A stretch of 64,000 bases of DNA from NCBI GenBank assembly GCA_002498725.1, contig DAIJ01000032.1:64705-128704 (forward strand), in the 5' to 3' direction. A program made the position numbers and the translations under genes. The notes under the pieces were generated by a model. That model did not search any database. It had not been told where the DNA came from and saw nothing but the letters and a program-made list of their open reading frames with translations. The stretch is from Euryarchaeota archaeon UBA23. Lineage in GTDB: Archaea > Thermoplasmatota > Poseidoniia > Poseidoniales > Thalassarchaeaceae. The stretch's first letter is position 1; the number at the start of each line of letters is the position of its first letter. Below are positions 41,001 through 49,709 of the stretch, piece after piece.

Positions 41001-42941
41001 TGTGATGCTGCAGAACCAGGATATTTCGTACCGTCAAATGGGGCAACACAACAGACAGCTTGTACACCTGGTTTTTGGCAGGATGAAATTGGTCAGACCT
41101 CGTGTAAAATAGCCATGCCAGGGCACTACTCCGACTCTATTGCTTCCGACATACAGATACAGTGTCTTTCTGGAACTTATAATCCAAATTCAGGATCTAA
41201 TTCATCATCAGCTTGTGTGTCTGCAGACCCCGGTCATTACGCACCATCAAATGGTGCTATCCAACAGTTTTCTTGTTCAGAAGGAAATTATCAACCCGCA
41301 CCTGGACAATCTTCCTGTATGGAAGCGGATCTTGGATACCATGTGCCGTCAATAGGAGCTACCGGTCAAATTGGATGTACTATGGGGTCATATTCGCCAA
41401 TAATAGGTGGGTCTGAGTGTATTATTGCATCTCCCGGTTATTATGTCGATTCCCATTTTGCTTCAGAACAAAATGCTTGTTCTCCTGGAACATACAACCC
41501 CGAAGAAGGATCAACTGAGGCTGTGGATTGTTTAGATGCTGACGCCGGATATTTCGTTTCATCTATTGGCTCATCGACACAAGAAGAATGTGAGATAGGG
41601 TACTTCCAGCCGAATAAAGGTGCTCTAAACTGTTTAATTGCAGATCCTGGACATTTCGTAGATGAATACGGTGCAATAAGCCAAATCGCCTGTGAACTTG
41701 GAACATACAATTCTGAATCCGGATCGATCACTTCCTCTGCATGTCTACAATCGGATCCAGGAAATTATGTTCCTCAATCTGCATCTACAGGACAGATACC
41801 TTGTGATCCTGGAACTTACCAGAACCTTAGGGGTCAAGCAGTTTGTATCACTGCAGGAATTGGATTCTATGTCCCTGAATCTGGATCTTCATCTCAAACT
41901 CCTTCTCCTTTAGACTATTATGTTGATTATAATGGTTCATTGGAACCAACGCCTTGCCCCCAAGGCCAAATTACTATGTCATTAGGATCCGATGAAATAA
42001 GTGATTGTAATTTAGATACAGATGGAGATAGATTCCCTGATTTCTTAGATAAAGACGATGATAATGATGGGGTTGACGACGGTACAGATCTTTGTGATCC
42101 AGGTGTAATGAATTGGACATCTGCGCCTGCTATAGATTTCGATGGAGATGGCTGTCTAGATGAAATAGAGGACGATGATGATGATAATGATGGCTATCTA
42201 GATGTCAACGATGCATTCCCGCTTGATCCTTATGAATGGCTAGATACAGATGGAGACGGAATAGGAAATAATGCCGATTTAGACGATGATGGAGACGGGG
42301 TACTGGATCTTGATGAAATTGAATTAGGACTAGATCCGTTGATAGCTGACTTTGATGGAGATGGATATAATGACAGTATCGATGCATTCCCTGACGATCC
42401 CGATGAATGGCTTGATTCGGATGGAGATGGTGTTGGTGATAATTCAGATAAGTTCCCAACTCTAAAATTCTATCAATCTTATGACCAAGTACTAATCCAT
42501 GTAGTAATAGGTATTTTTGTATTGGCAGTAATAGGCTTCAGTGTCAAGATGGGAATTGGTAGGAAAGAAAAATTAGTTGATGTCGACGATAGTACTCACG
42601 AAGTAAGAGAGATTGCAGATGTTACAATCCCTATAGATTCCTCCGATGTTGAAGAACATGTCGATGAGTCATTCGATTCCCAAGAATCAGCTAACTTTGA
42701 AGAGGCAACATCTTCTGAAGACGAATCAAGAAATGATTCGGAATCTCTAGAAATAGATGATTTACTACTAACTATACCTCCTCCAAAGCCGAGGATAGAG
42801 CCACCTTCTGACGCACAAACTAATGATCATGGACAGAAGGTGTGGCGTGATGAAGAAGGTACTGTGTGGGTTCAGAATCCAGATGGATCCTTACTTAAGC
42901 ACAATGTACTGACTGGGACATGGGATTCTTACGATCAATGA
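38019..42941 (+). CDS. giant surface protein: RCC1-like beta-propeller, about 25 ephrin-receptor-like (GCC2/GCC3-type) Cys repeats, thrombospondin type-3 calcium-binding repeats, C-terminal TM anchor
   Basis: Signal peptide MHSVRGRKILAVGICVLFLMISAS. The track ORF starts at 37932, and the ATG at 38019 is likely the real start. RCC1 repeats (CAILNDASLWCWGRNNLGQLGDGT). Tandem C-PG-Y-Q...GQ-S-C...GYY repeats. TSP3-like DTDGDGIGNNADLDDDGDGVLD motifs. TM VLIHVVIGIFVLAVIGFSV with an acidic tail. Confidence 0.7.
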   Translation: MHSVRGRKILAVGICVLFLMISASTVISDSSEKIISLDEVVRKSNTNSNDLNLNGTESGSIFSNSALEIGTDGPSLVLSNGTIVKWTNGNPVYIEGDVMSTSNRCNILKNYSLYCSGSNNYGQLGLGSTSLTEGYVSLNSAPLVVSSGSHHTCAILNDASLWCWGRNNLGQLGDGTFTNQISPVEISLGTGVIAVSTGEGHTCAITQTGVAMCWGSNIRGQLGDGTTTDSGIPVVANHSTGQRIVSIVTSSLSTCVIIQNGSLGCWGSKYTVFSDLGPIQSNIFMIDLGDGVTAEMIDSSETHICAVVNDGSMQCWGLNTHGQLGNGTCSSTLNENCSTENSFPGEGDSNSIVNITNGLTVISAAAGPHSTCAIISDHSLRCWGEQSSSEFDGIGNDLLNPFVMNANTTQILFTDQDIDGDGIRNIFESNQTGDSDGDGFLDTEDDFSTNPALWIECPSGQYGRITCQDVDSGYYSDSGSLIQIACSPGSFQPNSGQSECLDASAGYFVENHTSTSQTQCPSGHYNSLLGQSSCTEASAGSYVSPNGDDAGDTSSSSVSLSLMSANYTGNLDGSSDTVDIFSLTTSRPTYFSANLSSPQGYDFNLLLLNSSFNIIESSTLNGTFDEISSIGSSNASGTYFIQVVWSAGNNSLQNYNLIVNIRNVDGDQSQIGTTETQVMVEKYLASNLCQPGTWQQYSGQTSCDQADPGYFTSQTGATSQTPCSPGFYQPSSGSNSCIIASIGYYVSYSGALVQTAAPPGSYVGTNGASSATLCSPGTYQSQSGQSNCFATNSGYYAPIPGSTSQTACSPGFYQNQSGQSFCLPASSGYYVQNSTSTTQAECLAGTYQPNAGQSSCILATPGYYVPTNTSTEQYPCLPGSYQPNSGQISCILTSPGYYTSNNSSASQIPCPLGYYQPLQGQESCLIADPGFYVDSNGSILQLPCPMGSYNPFIGAQSSNDCTLADPGFHVPLQGSISQVQCLAGTYSSSFGQIICDAAEPGYFVPSNGATQQTACTPGFWQDEIGQTSCKIAMPGHYSDSIASDIQIQCLSGTYNPNSGSNSSSACVSADPGHYAPSNGAIQQFSCSEGNYQPAPGQSSCMEADLGYHVPSIGATGQIGCTMGSYSPIIGGSECIIASPGYYVDSHFASEQNACSPGTYNPEEGSTEAVDCLDADAGYFVSSIGSSTQEECEIGYFQPNKGALNCLIADPGHFVDEYGAISQIACELGTYNSESGSITSSACLQSDPGNYVPQSASTGQIPCDPGTYQNLRGQAVCITAGIGFYVPESGSSSQTPSPLDYYVDYNGSLEPTPCPQGQITMSLGSDEISDCNLDTDGDRFPDFLDKDDDNDGVDDGTDLCDPGVMNWTSAPAIDFDGDGCLDEIEDDDDDNDGYLDVNDAFPLDPYEWLDTDGDGIGNNADLDDDGDGVLDLDEIELGLDPLIADFDGDGYNDSIDAFPDDPDEWLDSDGDGVGDNSDKFPTLKFYQSYDQVLIHVVIGIFVLAVIGFSVKMGIGRKEKLVDVDDSTHEVREIADVTIPIDSSDVEEHVDESFDSQESANFEEATSSEDESRNDSESLEIDDLLLTIPPPKPRIEPPSDAQTNDHGQKVWRDEEGTVWVQNPDGSLLKHNVLTGTWDSYDQ
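39390..41950 (+). repeat. in-frame tandem array of roughly 30-aa Cys-containing repeats (ephrin-receptor-like), about 25 copies, inside the giant RCC1 protein gene
   Basis: The protein-level periodicity (C.PG.YQ...GQ..C..A.PGYYV) is visible in the translation from ECPSGQYGRITCQDVDSGYY to CPQGQITMSLGSDEISDC. The DNA copies have diverged; the boundaries are approximate. Confidence 0.5.
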
Positions 42942-42953
42942 AAATTAAAAAAT

Positions 42954-43988
42954 TTAGAATTGGATTGCATTTGCACCCCAAGCTAGGCCGCCACCAAAGG
43001 CTGCTGTAACTACTAAATCTCCTTCTTTGATTAATCCCTGATCAATAGCTTCTTGCATTGCTATTGGTACGCTAGCACCAGCAGTATTCCCATATTTGTG
43101 AAGATTGGTGTAGGTTTTTTCCATAGGTAATCCTAATTTTTCCATTCCAACCTTAATGATGTTGATATTGGCTTGATGAGGTATGACAAAATCAACATCA
43201 TCAATAGTTTTTCCAATCTTTCCCAATACCCCATGAACTGCTTGTGGAAAAGCCTCTATTGCAAAGTCCCAAACAGCCCTTCCATCCATATGGAAATATT
43301 GCATTCCTTGCTCAAAACCATCACTAGGGATTGGTACACGAACTCCTCCTGCTGGAATTTCTATTACATTGGACCCAGAACCATCACTCATTAACCAAGA
43401 AGCAAGTACTCCTTTTCCATCATCAACTTCGCCCAGTACCACAGCTCCGGCTCCATCTCCGAATAGAACACAAGTACTCCTATCTTTCCAATTTAGAATA
43501 CGAGAGTAAACTTCCGAACCAACAACAAGGACCTTGTTGTATCCTTTTGTACCCACATATCGCGAACCTACATCCAATGCATGAACCCAACCAGCACAAA
43601 CTGCATTGATGTCAAATGCACCACAATTAACACAACCAAGTTTGTGTTGAACTATTCCAGCAGTTGATGAAAGTGGAACATCTGGAGAAGATGTTGCTAG
43701 AATAATTAGGTCAATTTCAGAAACATCAACTTTTGCATCATTTAATGCACGCCTGCAGGCTTCTACCGCTAAATCAGAAGTATTGGTGCCGGAATCTGCA
43801 ATTCTTCTACATTTCATTCCTGTTTTGGTAGTAATCCATTCGTCACTGGTCTCAACAATTTTAGCCCAGTCATCGTTAGTCATTTCTTTTGGAGGCACAT
43901 ATGAGCCTATTCCAATAATGCCTACGGCTGACATATTCTCAACTCTCTCGAGAGCCTCATCACTTTCAGTCATTACGACATTAATCAT
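42954..43988 (-). CDS. fabH: 3-oxoacyl-[ACP] synthase III (FabH-type KAS III)
   Basis: 344 aa. Catalytic Cys AVCAGWVHAL, His PHQANINI and Asn GNTAGASVPIAM motifs. Confidence 0.8.
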   Translation of the reverse strand: MINVVMTESDEALERVENMSAVGIIGIGSYVPPKEMTNDDWAKIVETSDEWITTKTGMKCRRIADSGTNTSDLAVEACRRALNDAKVDVSEIDLIILATSSPDVPLSSTAGIVQHKLGCVNCGAFDINAVCAGWVHALDVGSRYVGTKGYNKVLVVGSEVYSRILNWKDRSTCVLFGDGAGAVVLGEVDDGKGVLASWLMSDGSGSNVIEIPAGGVRVPIPSDGFEQGMQYFHMDGRAVWDFAIEAFPQAVHGVLGKIGKTIDDVDFVIPHQANINIIKVGMEKLGLPMEKTYTNLHKYGNTAGASVPIAMQEAIDQGLIKEGDLVVTAAFGGGLAWGANAIQF

Positions 43989-45447
43989 GTTTTAGACAGA
44001 TATTCATAGCTTCTGAGAAGAATCCTAAACTCCAGCGCCCACCTTCTCTTCCTACGCCACTATCTTTTACTCCTCCAAATGGAACCCTGAGGTCTCTATG
44101 TAACCATGTATTTACCCAAATCATACCTGTATGGATGTCTCTAGCAACTCTATTTCCTTTATCAAGATCTCTAGTCCAAACACTACCTGCCAGACCGTAT
44201 CTTGTCCCATTTGCTATTTCTATGACTTCATTTTCTGTTTCAAATGAGTGTATTGTAACTACTGGTCCAAATATTTCCTCTGTAGAACAGCGAGAATCAT
44301 GTTTTAGGCCAATAATTACTGTTGGAGATAGCCAATTTCCATTTTCAAATTGCTTAGGAAGACTAGGGCGCCCACCAGTAATTATCTTCCCACCTTCTTC
44401 TTCAGCAAGTTGAATATATGACTCGACTTTACTTAGATGTTCAGGAGAAATTAGAGCACCCAATTCAGTTTCCTCATCAGATGGATCGCCAATTTTCATT
44501 CCTTTTACAGATTCAATAAATTTCTCTAAAAAATCATCATAAATTCCCGACTGAACTAGAATTCTAGATCCACAAAGACAAACCTGGCCCTGGTTCAAAA
44601 ATGCGGCTCTAGTGACCCCCGCGACGGTTTTTCCAAGATCACAATCGTCAAAAATAATACTAGAGTTTTTTCCCCCAAGTTCAAGACTAATTTTTTTGAA
44701 CTGTGGTGCAGCCACTGCTGCTACTTTAGCCCCGGTATCTGTCCCTCCTGTAAAAGAAATCAAATTTACATCAGAATGAGATGTTAGAGGCGCACCTGCT
44801 CCAATTCCATTTCCATGGATGAGATTGACTACTCCAGAGGGGAGTCCAACTTCGTCGATAGTTTCCATCAACAGATTTGCTGTCATTGGAGTCAATTCAC
44901 TTGGTTTACAGACAACAGTATTACCCATTCCAATCGCTGGTGCAACTTTCCAACTTAGTAGATAAAGAGGAAGATTCCAAGGAGTAATCAATGCTCCAAC
45001 TCCTACTGGTTTTTGAATCACTATGTTTGTAGCATCATCCATTAGAAATTCTTCTTCTTCTTGATTTCTTATTAGTTCTGCAAAGAATCTAAAATTGGTT
45101 ACAGAACGATAAGCATCAACTGAGCGAGCTAGTGAAATCGGCTTACCCGTATCTCTGCTTTCTAAAATTGCAATATCTTCATATTTTTCTTCTAGGGCAT
45201 CGGCTATTTTGTCAAGCCATTCAGCCCTTATCTTATGGGAGAGCATACCCCATTCATTCTGAGCCATACGTGCAGCAGATACAGCCAGATCAACATCTTC
45301 TGCACTTGATAGTGGGACTCTTGCGAATTTCTTACCTGTTGCTGGTTCTAGAACATCCATCCATTTTTCATTAGAATGTTTTACAAATTCTCCATTTACA
45401 TAATTTAGAAGGTCCATATCAACCCTCCATATTGCCTTCGTTAGCAA
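43981..45447 (-). CDS. NAD(P)-dependent aldehyde dehydrogenase
   Basis: 488 aa ALDH family member. Catalytic Cys region QGQVCLCGSRILV and a Glu motif LELGGKNSSII. Confidence 0.8.
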   Translation of the reverse strand: MLTKAIWRVDMDLLNYVNGEFVKHSNEKWMDVLEPATGKKFARVPLSSAEDVDLAVSAARMAQNEWGMLSHKIRAEWLDKIADALEEKYEDIAILESRDTGKPISLARSVDAYRSVTNFRFFAELIRNQEEEEFLMDDATNIVIQKPVGVGALITPWNLPLYLLSWKVAPAIGMGNTVVCKPSELTPMTANLLMETIDEVGLPSGVVNLIHGNGIGAGAPLTSHSDVNLISFTGGTDTGAKVAAVAAPQFKKISLELGGKNSSIIFDDCDLGKTVAGVTRAAFLNQGQVCLCGSRILVQSGIYDDFLEKFIESVKGMKIGDPSDEETELGALISPEHLSKVESYIQLAEEEGGKIITGGRPSLPKQFENGNWLSPTVIIGLKHDSRCSTEEIFGPVVTIHSFETENEVIEIANGTRYGLAGSVWTRDLDKGNRVARDIHTGMIWVNTWLHRDLRVPFGGVKDSGVGREGGRWSLGFFSEAMNICLKHD

Positions 45448-46597
45448 ATGGATCCGTTCGCGTCATTGCTGCAGAGTACTCTTTCCAGTCTAATGAGAAT
45501 CGATCACGATCCGGATCCCATTCATCCCAAGTAACAACTTCTTCAAGTTCCTTCTGATACTTTTCAGGAACAATCCCGGGAACTATAAACGCTTTCTGGC
45601 GATGTAATGGATATGGATTTCTCAATTGTATCCCTAATACTCCTAAGACGGCTCTCGCAACATACCAAGTTGCTTGAGAATTCCATCCATGAGCTATTTT
45701 GATAACAATTCCTAGACCATCCGGCCAGTCTGGATGCTCTATTCCTAGGCCGAGAAGACCATCCGCCCCTTCTTTAGCGATAAGCTTGCCTTCTCCTGCT
45801 TTAAGACATGTTGAATCAAGTCTATTGAATCCACCAACAAGATCAGGATATTTATTCATTGCTTCCCAAATCCAATCCTCATTTTTCCGGTTAGTGAGTC
45901 CTGCGAACATTACAGCTAATTCGTCAACAGTATTAGAAACTGTAGGGAAGCCACAACCGTCCTTTGCGACTCTCAATGGCTCCCAATCAGATTTCCCCAT
46001 ATAATCTCGAAGAACTTGAAGATATAATGGGAACCATGGAGAACTTGGTAGGGTATATCCTGCCCTGTTCATTCCCATTTTTCGCATTCCCTTGAGCATT
46101 GCTGCATGTTCTCCTGAGCATGTGTGAAACCATCTTCGAGGTCTTCTAACTTGTCTTCCAAATTGAATCAAAGGTACATCTAATGGGCATTGCATTAATC
46201 CCCATTCCGACTCAGAAAGAAGAGACTGAGCCGCAGCAACATGTTCGGTATCCCCATTATGTGAAGAGCAAGCAATTGCCTTTTGTTTCCAAGTCATATC
46301 ATCAAGAACTTCTACAAATGGCTTCATCATAAGTGGTTTCATCATCGAGCGTCCATAGACTAGAACATTACCTCCAAATGAATGTATTATTTTCTCACCA
46401 TGGGCCCAAGAAATAGCACCATGAATTGTATTTTCACTAACATCCATTCTGCGAAAATCAACTAACGGTTCCCACTCCACATCTCTTCCTGTCGCAATTC
46501 CAATGTGTTTTTCACCCAGTGGATTTGTGGGAAATACTGCCGACCCCGGTCGTCCAGGTGAAACACTTGAGGGTGTCTCATTTTTTTCCGCACTCAT
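45419..46597 (-). CDS. L-asparaginase II family protein (thermolabile asparaginase-like)
   Basis: 392 aa. Conserved HTCSGEHAAMLKG motif, matching the CSGKHAGML signature of the asparaginase II family. Confidence 0.55.
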   Translation of the reverse strand: MSAEKNETPSSVSPGRPGSAVFPTNPLGEKHIGIATGRDVEWEPLVDFRRMDVSENTIHGAISWAHGEKIIHSFGGNVLVYGRSMMKPLMMKPFVEVLDDMTWKQKAIACSSHNGDTEHVAAAQSLLSESEWGLMQCPLDVPLIQFGRQVRRPRRWFHTCSGEHAAMLKGMRKMGMNRAGYTLPSSPWFPLYLQVLRDYMGKSDWEPLRVAKDGCGFPTVSNTVDELAVMFAGLTNRKNEDWIWEAMNKYPDLVGGFNRLDSTCLKAGEGKLIAKEGADGLLGLGIEHPDWPDGLGIVIKIAHGWNSQATWYVARAVLGVLGIQLRNPYPLHRQKAFIVPGIVPEKYQKELEEVVTWDEWDPDRDRFSLDWKEYSAAMTRTDPFANEGNMEG

Positions 46598-47853
46598 CTA
46601 TCTATCCCTCCATTAATAGCCGGAGAGACCTTATTCATGAATGCCTCCATATTACGTTGAACACGTGCAGAGTCATGATTGAAAAAGTCAAACCAACACA
46701 TCAAACGATCATCTGGATGAAACCTTTCTTTTATTTGTTCAGCAACTTCTTTAGTATTTCCAATCACAGCATTGTCAGTTGCTCGCTCAACCTTTGCTGG
46801 ATCAATGGTTCCTTCCAATGCACTCCAATATGTGTTTAGTGCGGCTTTAGCTTCTTCTTTAGCAGCATTACTTCTCTCTTCATCCGTAAGTCCAGGCTCA
46901 TCATTAACAAAGATCATTACAGTACGTGGCATCATTTCACGGGACCATTTTCCTCCATCAGAATGATAATGTTCTTTCATTCTCTCATGTGTCTGATTAA
47001 TAACGTGAGGTGGTGTAATTGAGAGGTTAAAAACCTGCACTGGCCTCCAACGATTCACCTCAATCTGAAGATTTGAATCATGACTTCCTAATACTAAATT
47101 CAGCAAATCCTGACGCCATTCTTTAGGTATTGTCTTTATTTCCTCAAAAACATATCTTGGTTTGATAAGAATAGAATCTGCATCCTTTTCAGTCCCATAG
47201 TGTTCTGAGGCTATTTCAACTACATTCATCCAATCCTCATAAGATCTGAATTTTTCTTTTGTTAGAATGGTGGGGCTGATCAATTCAGTAGAAACAACCT
47301 CTCCATTTAACAGTCTAAGAAATATTTCAGATGCTTCTGCAAAAATTTGCCCTCTTAGAACAGACCAAGCTTCTTCTTCAACGGCGTCACGAGGAAATAT
47401 TCCATAAGGTCTGGCCATAAACTCAAATCGACCAGCGGAGAAACCAATGTGTAACTTTCTATTTTCATTTGGATCCATTCCATGAAGTGCTAAGAATGAT
47501 CCAATACGTTCTGCCTGTGGTATTGGCCCTCCACTCGCTAGTATCGACATTACAGCACTCCCTACCTCAAGCCTCTTAGTTCGAGCAAACATTTTTTGTG
47601 CGACTTGGAAAAAATCAGTACAGAGCCCAACTTCTCCCGGATAATGAGGGACTACTGGTTTTCTGTTTAGTTTCTGTACTTCAGTTGAAAGGTGTGCTTG
47701 AGCAACCCAACCCACTCCAAATCCCAATTCATCAGCCTTTTCCACTTGATCAAGGAAGTTAGAAAACATTTCACTTTCAGATGGAATATAACCAGTTGTA
47801 TCTGGTGTTTGTGATATTGAGAAAAAGATGTCAAAGAGCAAGTTTATCACCAC
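46594..47853 (-). CDS. luciferase-like (LLM class) flavin/F420-dependent oxidoreductase
   Basis: 419 aa. TIM-barrel LLM-like N-terminal region (ADELGFGVGWVAQAH). Family-level call only. Confidence 0.45.
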   Translation of the reverse strand: MVINLLFDIFFSISQTPDTTGYIPSESEMFSNFLDQVEKADELGFGVGWVAQAHLSTEVQKLNRKPVVPHYPGEVGLCTDFFQVAQKMFARTKRLEVGSAVMSILASGGPIPQAERIGSFLALHGMDPNENRKLHIGFSAGRFEFMARPYGIFPRDAVEEEAWSVLRGQIFAEASEIFLRLLNGEVVSTELISPTILTKEKFRSYEDWMNVVEIASEHYGTEKDADSILIKPRYVFEEIKTIPKEWRQDLLNLVLGSHDSNLQIEVNRWRPVQVFNLSITPPHVINQTHERMKEHYHSDGGKWSREMMPRTVMIFVNDEPGLTDEERSNAAKEEAKAALNTYWSALEGTIDPAKVERATDNAVIGNTKEVAEQIKERFHPDDRLMCWFDFFNHDSARVQRNMEAFMNKVSPAINGGIDR

Positions 47854-48651
47854 TCATATTGAACGCATTCTTCCGCCATCTACCGCTAAGCTAACTCCAC
47901 GAATTGATCCTGATGAAGGAAGACAAAGGAATGTAACAGCAATTGCTGTTTCAAGGGGGTCAATCAATCTCTGTATTGGCACTGAATTCATCCAAGCATC
48001 TTGAATTTCATCAATACTTTTTCCAGTTCTATTAGATATTGAACTTGCTAAGCTGCCTAATCTATCTGTATCTGTAAAACCAGGTAGGATATTGTTTATT
48101 GTGATACATGGTGCTAATTCTCTTGATAATGATTTAGCCCAAGACCCCATTGCTCCTCTAAGTGTATTAGATAAGCCAATATTATCTATTGGTTCCCTCA
48201 CAGATGTTGAAATAATGTTTACAAAGCGCCCGTAACCATTTTTTTCCATTCCGGGTGAAAGAATTTGAGCGATAGTATGTGATGCATGAAGGTGCCTTGC
48301 AAAAGGTCCGTTGAAATCATCTAATTCATTATCTAATAATGGCCCACCAGGGGGCCCTCCTGCATTATTGATCACAATATCCACATTTCCAATATCTGAA
48401 ATCACTTTTCGAACATCATCAATGTTTTCAAGATCTAAAACAAGAATTTCATGATTGGAACCATGTAATTCATCCTTAAGTTGATTTAGTTCTTCATTTG
48501 AACGTGCACATGCTATGATTTTCGCCCCTGCTCTTGCCAGTATCAGAGCGCAAGCGCGCCCAATCCCTTTACTTGCGCCGCAAACAAGTGCGGTTTTTCC
48601 TTCTAATATATTTTCAGCAAATGGAAATTGCGTTTTCAATAATTCATTCAT
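47854..48651 (-). CDS. short-chain dehydrogenase/reductase (SDR)
   Basis: 265 aa. TALVCGASKGIGRACA Rossmann motif and NNAG motif. Confidence 0.75.
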   Translation of the reverse strand: MNELLKTQFPFAENILEGKTALVCGASKGIGRACALILARAGAKIIACARSNEELNQLKDELHGSNHEILVLDLENIDDVRKVISDIGNVDIVINNAGGPPGGPLLDNELDDFNGPFARHLHASHTIAQILSPGMEKNGYGRFVNIISTSVREPIDNIGLSNTLRGAMGSWAKSLSRELAPCITINNILPGFTDTDRLGSLASSISNRTGKSIDEIQDAWMNSVPIQRLIDPLETAIAVTFLCLPSSGSIRGVSLAVDGGRMRSI

Positions 48652-48659
48652 AATTTCAC

Positions 48660-49406
48660 CTAATCGACATAATGTGCATAAGTTTCCTGTTTTAATTTCT
48701 CATAAACTTCTTGCAAAATTTCTTCGGGGGCATTTCTAAAGGTTGGAAATTTGCTTTTTCCTTGGGGCCGCCTCATATCGCCCCATCTCTCTTCTTGATA
48801 AGCCATTAGTGCCTCCTTCATTAAAACACCAGCCAAAACAAGTGTTTCATAACACAAATCCTCGTATGTCATGCCTCTTTTTACTTCTACTTCTCGTCGT
48901 ATAAGAAGTTCACCAGTATCAATTCCATTATCGCAAAAATGTGTTGATGATCCTATTGGAATATCGTGATAAACACTCCATGCCGGAGATGCCGAACCTC
49001 TACATTCGGGTAGAAGTCCAGGGTGCGAATTAATTACTCCATCAATAGGATAATCTAGTATTTCTCCACGAATTATTCTAGTTCCTCCAAATACAATCAA
49101 GTCAAGAGGTATATTTCGTATATGTGGCATTACTTCCTCACTATTATGAATTGACACCTCAATATGTGGTACGTCAATACCGTGTTCTTTTAATTCAGAT
49201 AATTGTTCACTAATTGTTGGTGCTATTGGATTGCCATCTATACGCGTGAGGAATTTTTCTCTTTCTTCATCTGCTATTTCCGAATTTTCGGTAATGATTA
49301 TTGATGGTATGAAATCCTCAGATAGAATCTGACGTAACATTTCCCTTCCGTAAGGATGCTCTTTTAGTAGCAAGTATGCAAATCTCGGCTTGACCATGTC
49401 TCTCAT
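48660..49406 (-). CDS. formyltransferase-family protein (PurN/Fmt N-terminal domain-like)
   Basis: 248 aa. [20 protein letters not shown] matches the formyl-transferase HPSLLPxxRG motif. Confidence 0.5.
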   Translation of the reverse strand: MRDMVKPRFAYLLLKEHPYGREMLRQILSEDFIPSIIITENSEIADEEREKFLTRIDGNPIAPTISEQLSELKEHGIDVPHIEVSIHNSEEVMPHIRNIPLDLIVFGGTRIIRGEILDYPIDGVINSHPGLLPECRGSASPAWSVYHDIPIGSSTHFCDNGIDTGELLIRREVEVKRGMTYEDLCYETLVLAGVLMKEALMAYQEERWGDMRRPQGKSKFPTFRNAPEEILQEVYEKLKQETYAHYVD

Positions 49407-49500
49407 GTCGCGGAGGGGTATTGTATACGCGTTCTTTTCGGTTCAAAACTCTGTAATAGGGTGTGACATCAAGTACCTGAAGCAGCGCGGCTGGGTTTAC

Positions 49501-49689
49501 ATGGCACAAGGCAAGGTAAAGTGGTTTAATCAAACAAAGGGATATGGATTCATCGAAAGAGAGGGAGAAAGTGACTTATTCGTTCATATTTCTGATGTTG
49601 AAGGTAAAATTACGGACGGCGACACTGTAGAGTTTGAAGTCGGGGAATCTGATCGAGGCCCGAATGCAATTAACGTAAGTAAGGTTTGA
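49501..49689 (+). CDS. cold-shock protein (CspA-family cold-shock domain)
   Basis: 62 aa, [33 protein letters not shown] with RNP1/RNP2-like motifs. The track ORF (49390) has a spurious 5-prime extension. Confidence 0.8.
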   Translation: MAQGKVKWFNQTKGYGFIEREGESDLFVHISDVEGKITDGDTVEFEVGESDRGPNAINVSKV

Positions 49690-49709
49690 ACTTAACAATG
49701 TACAGAATA

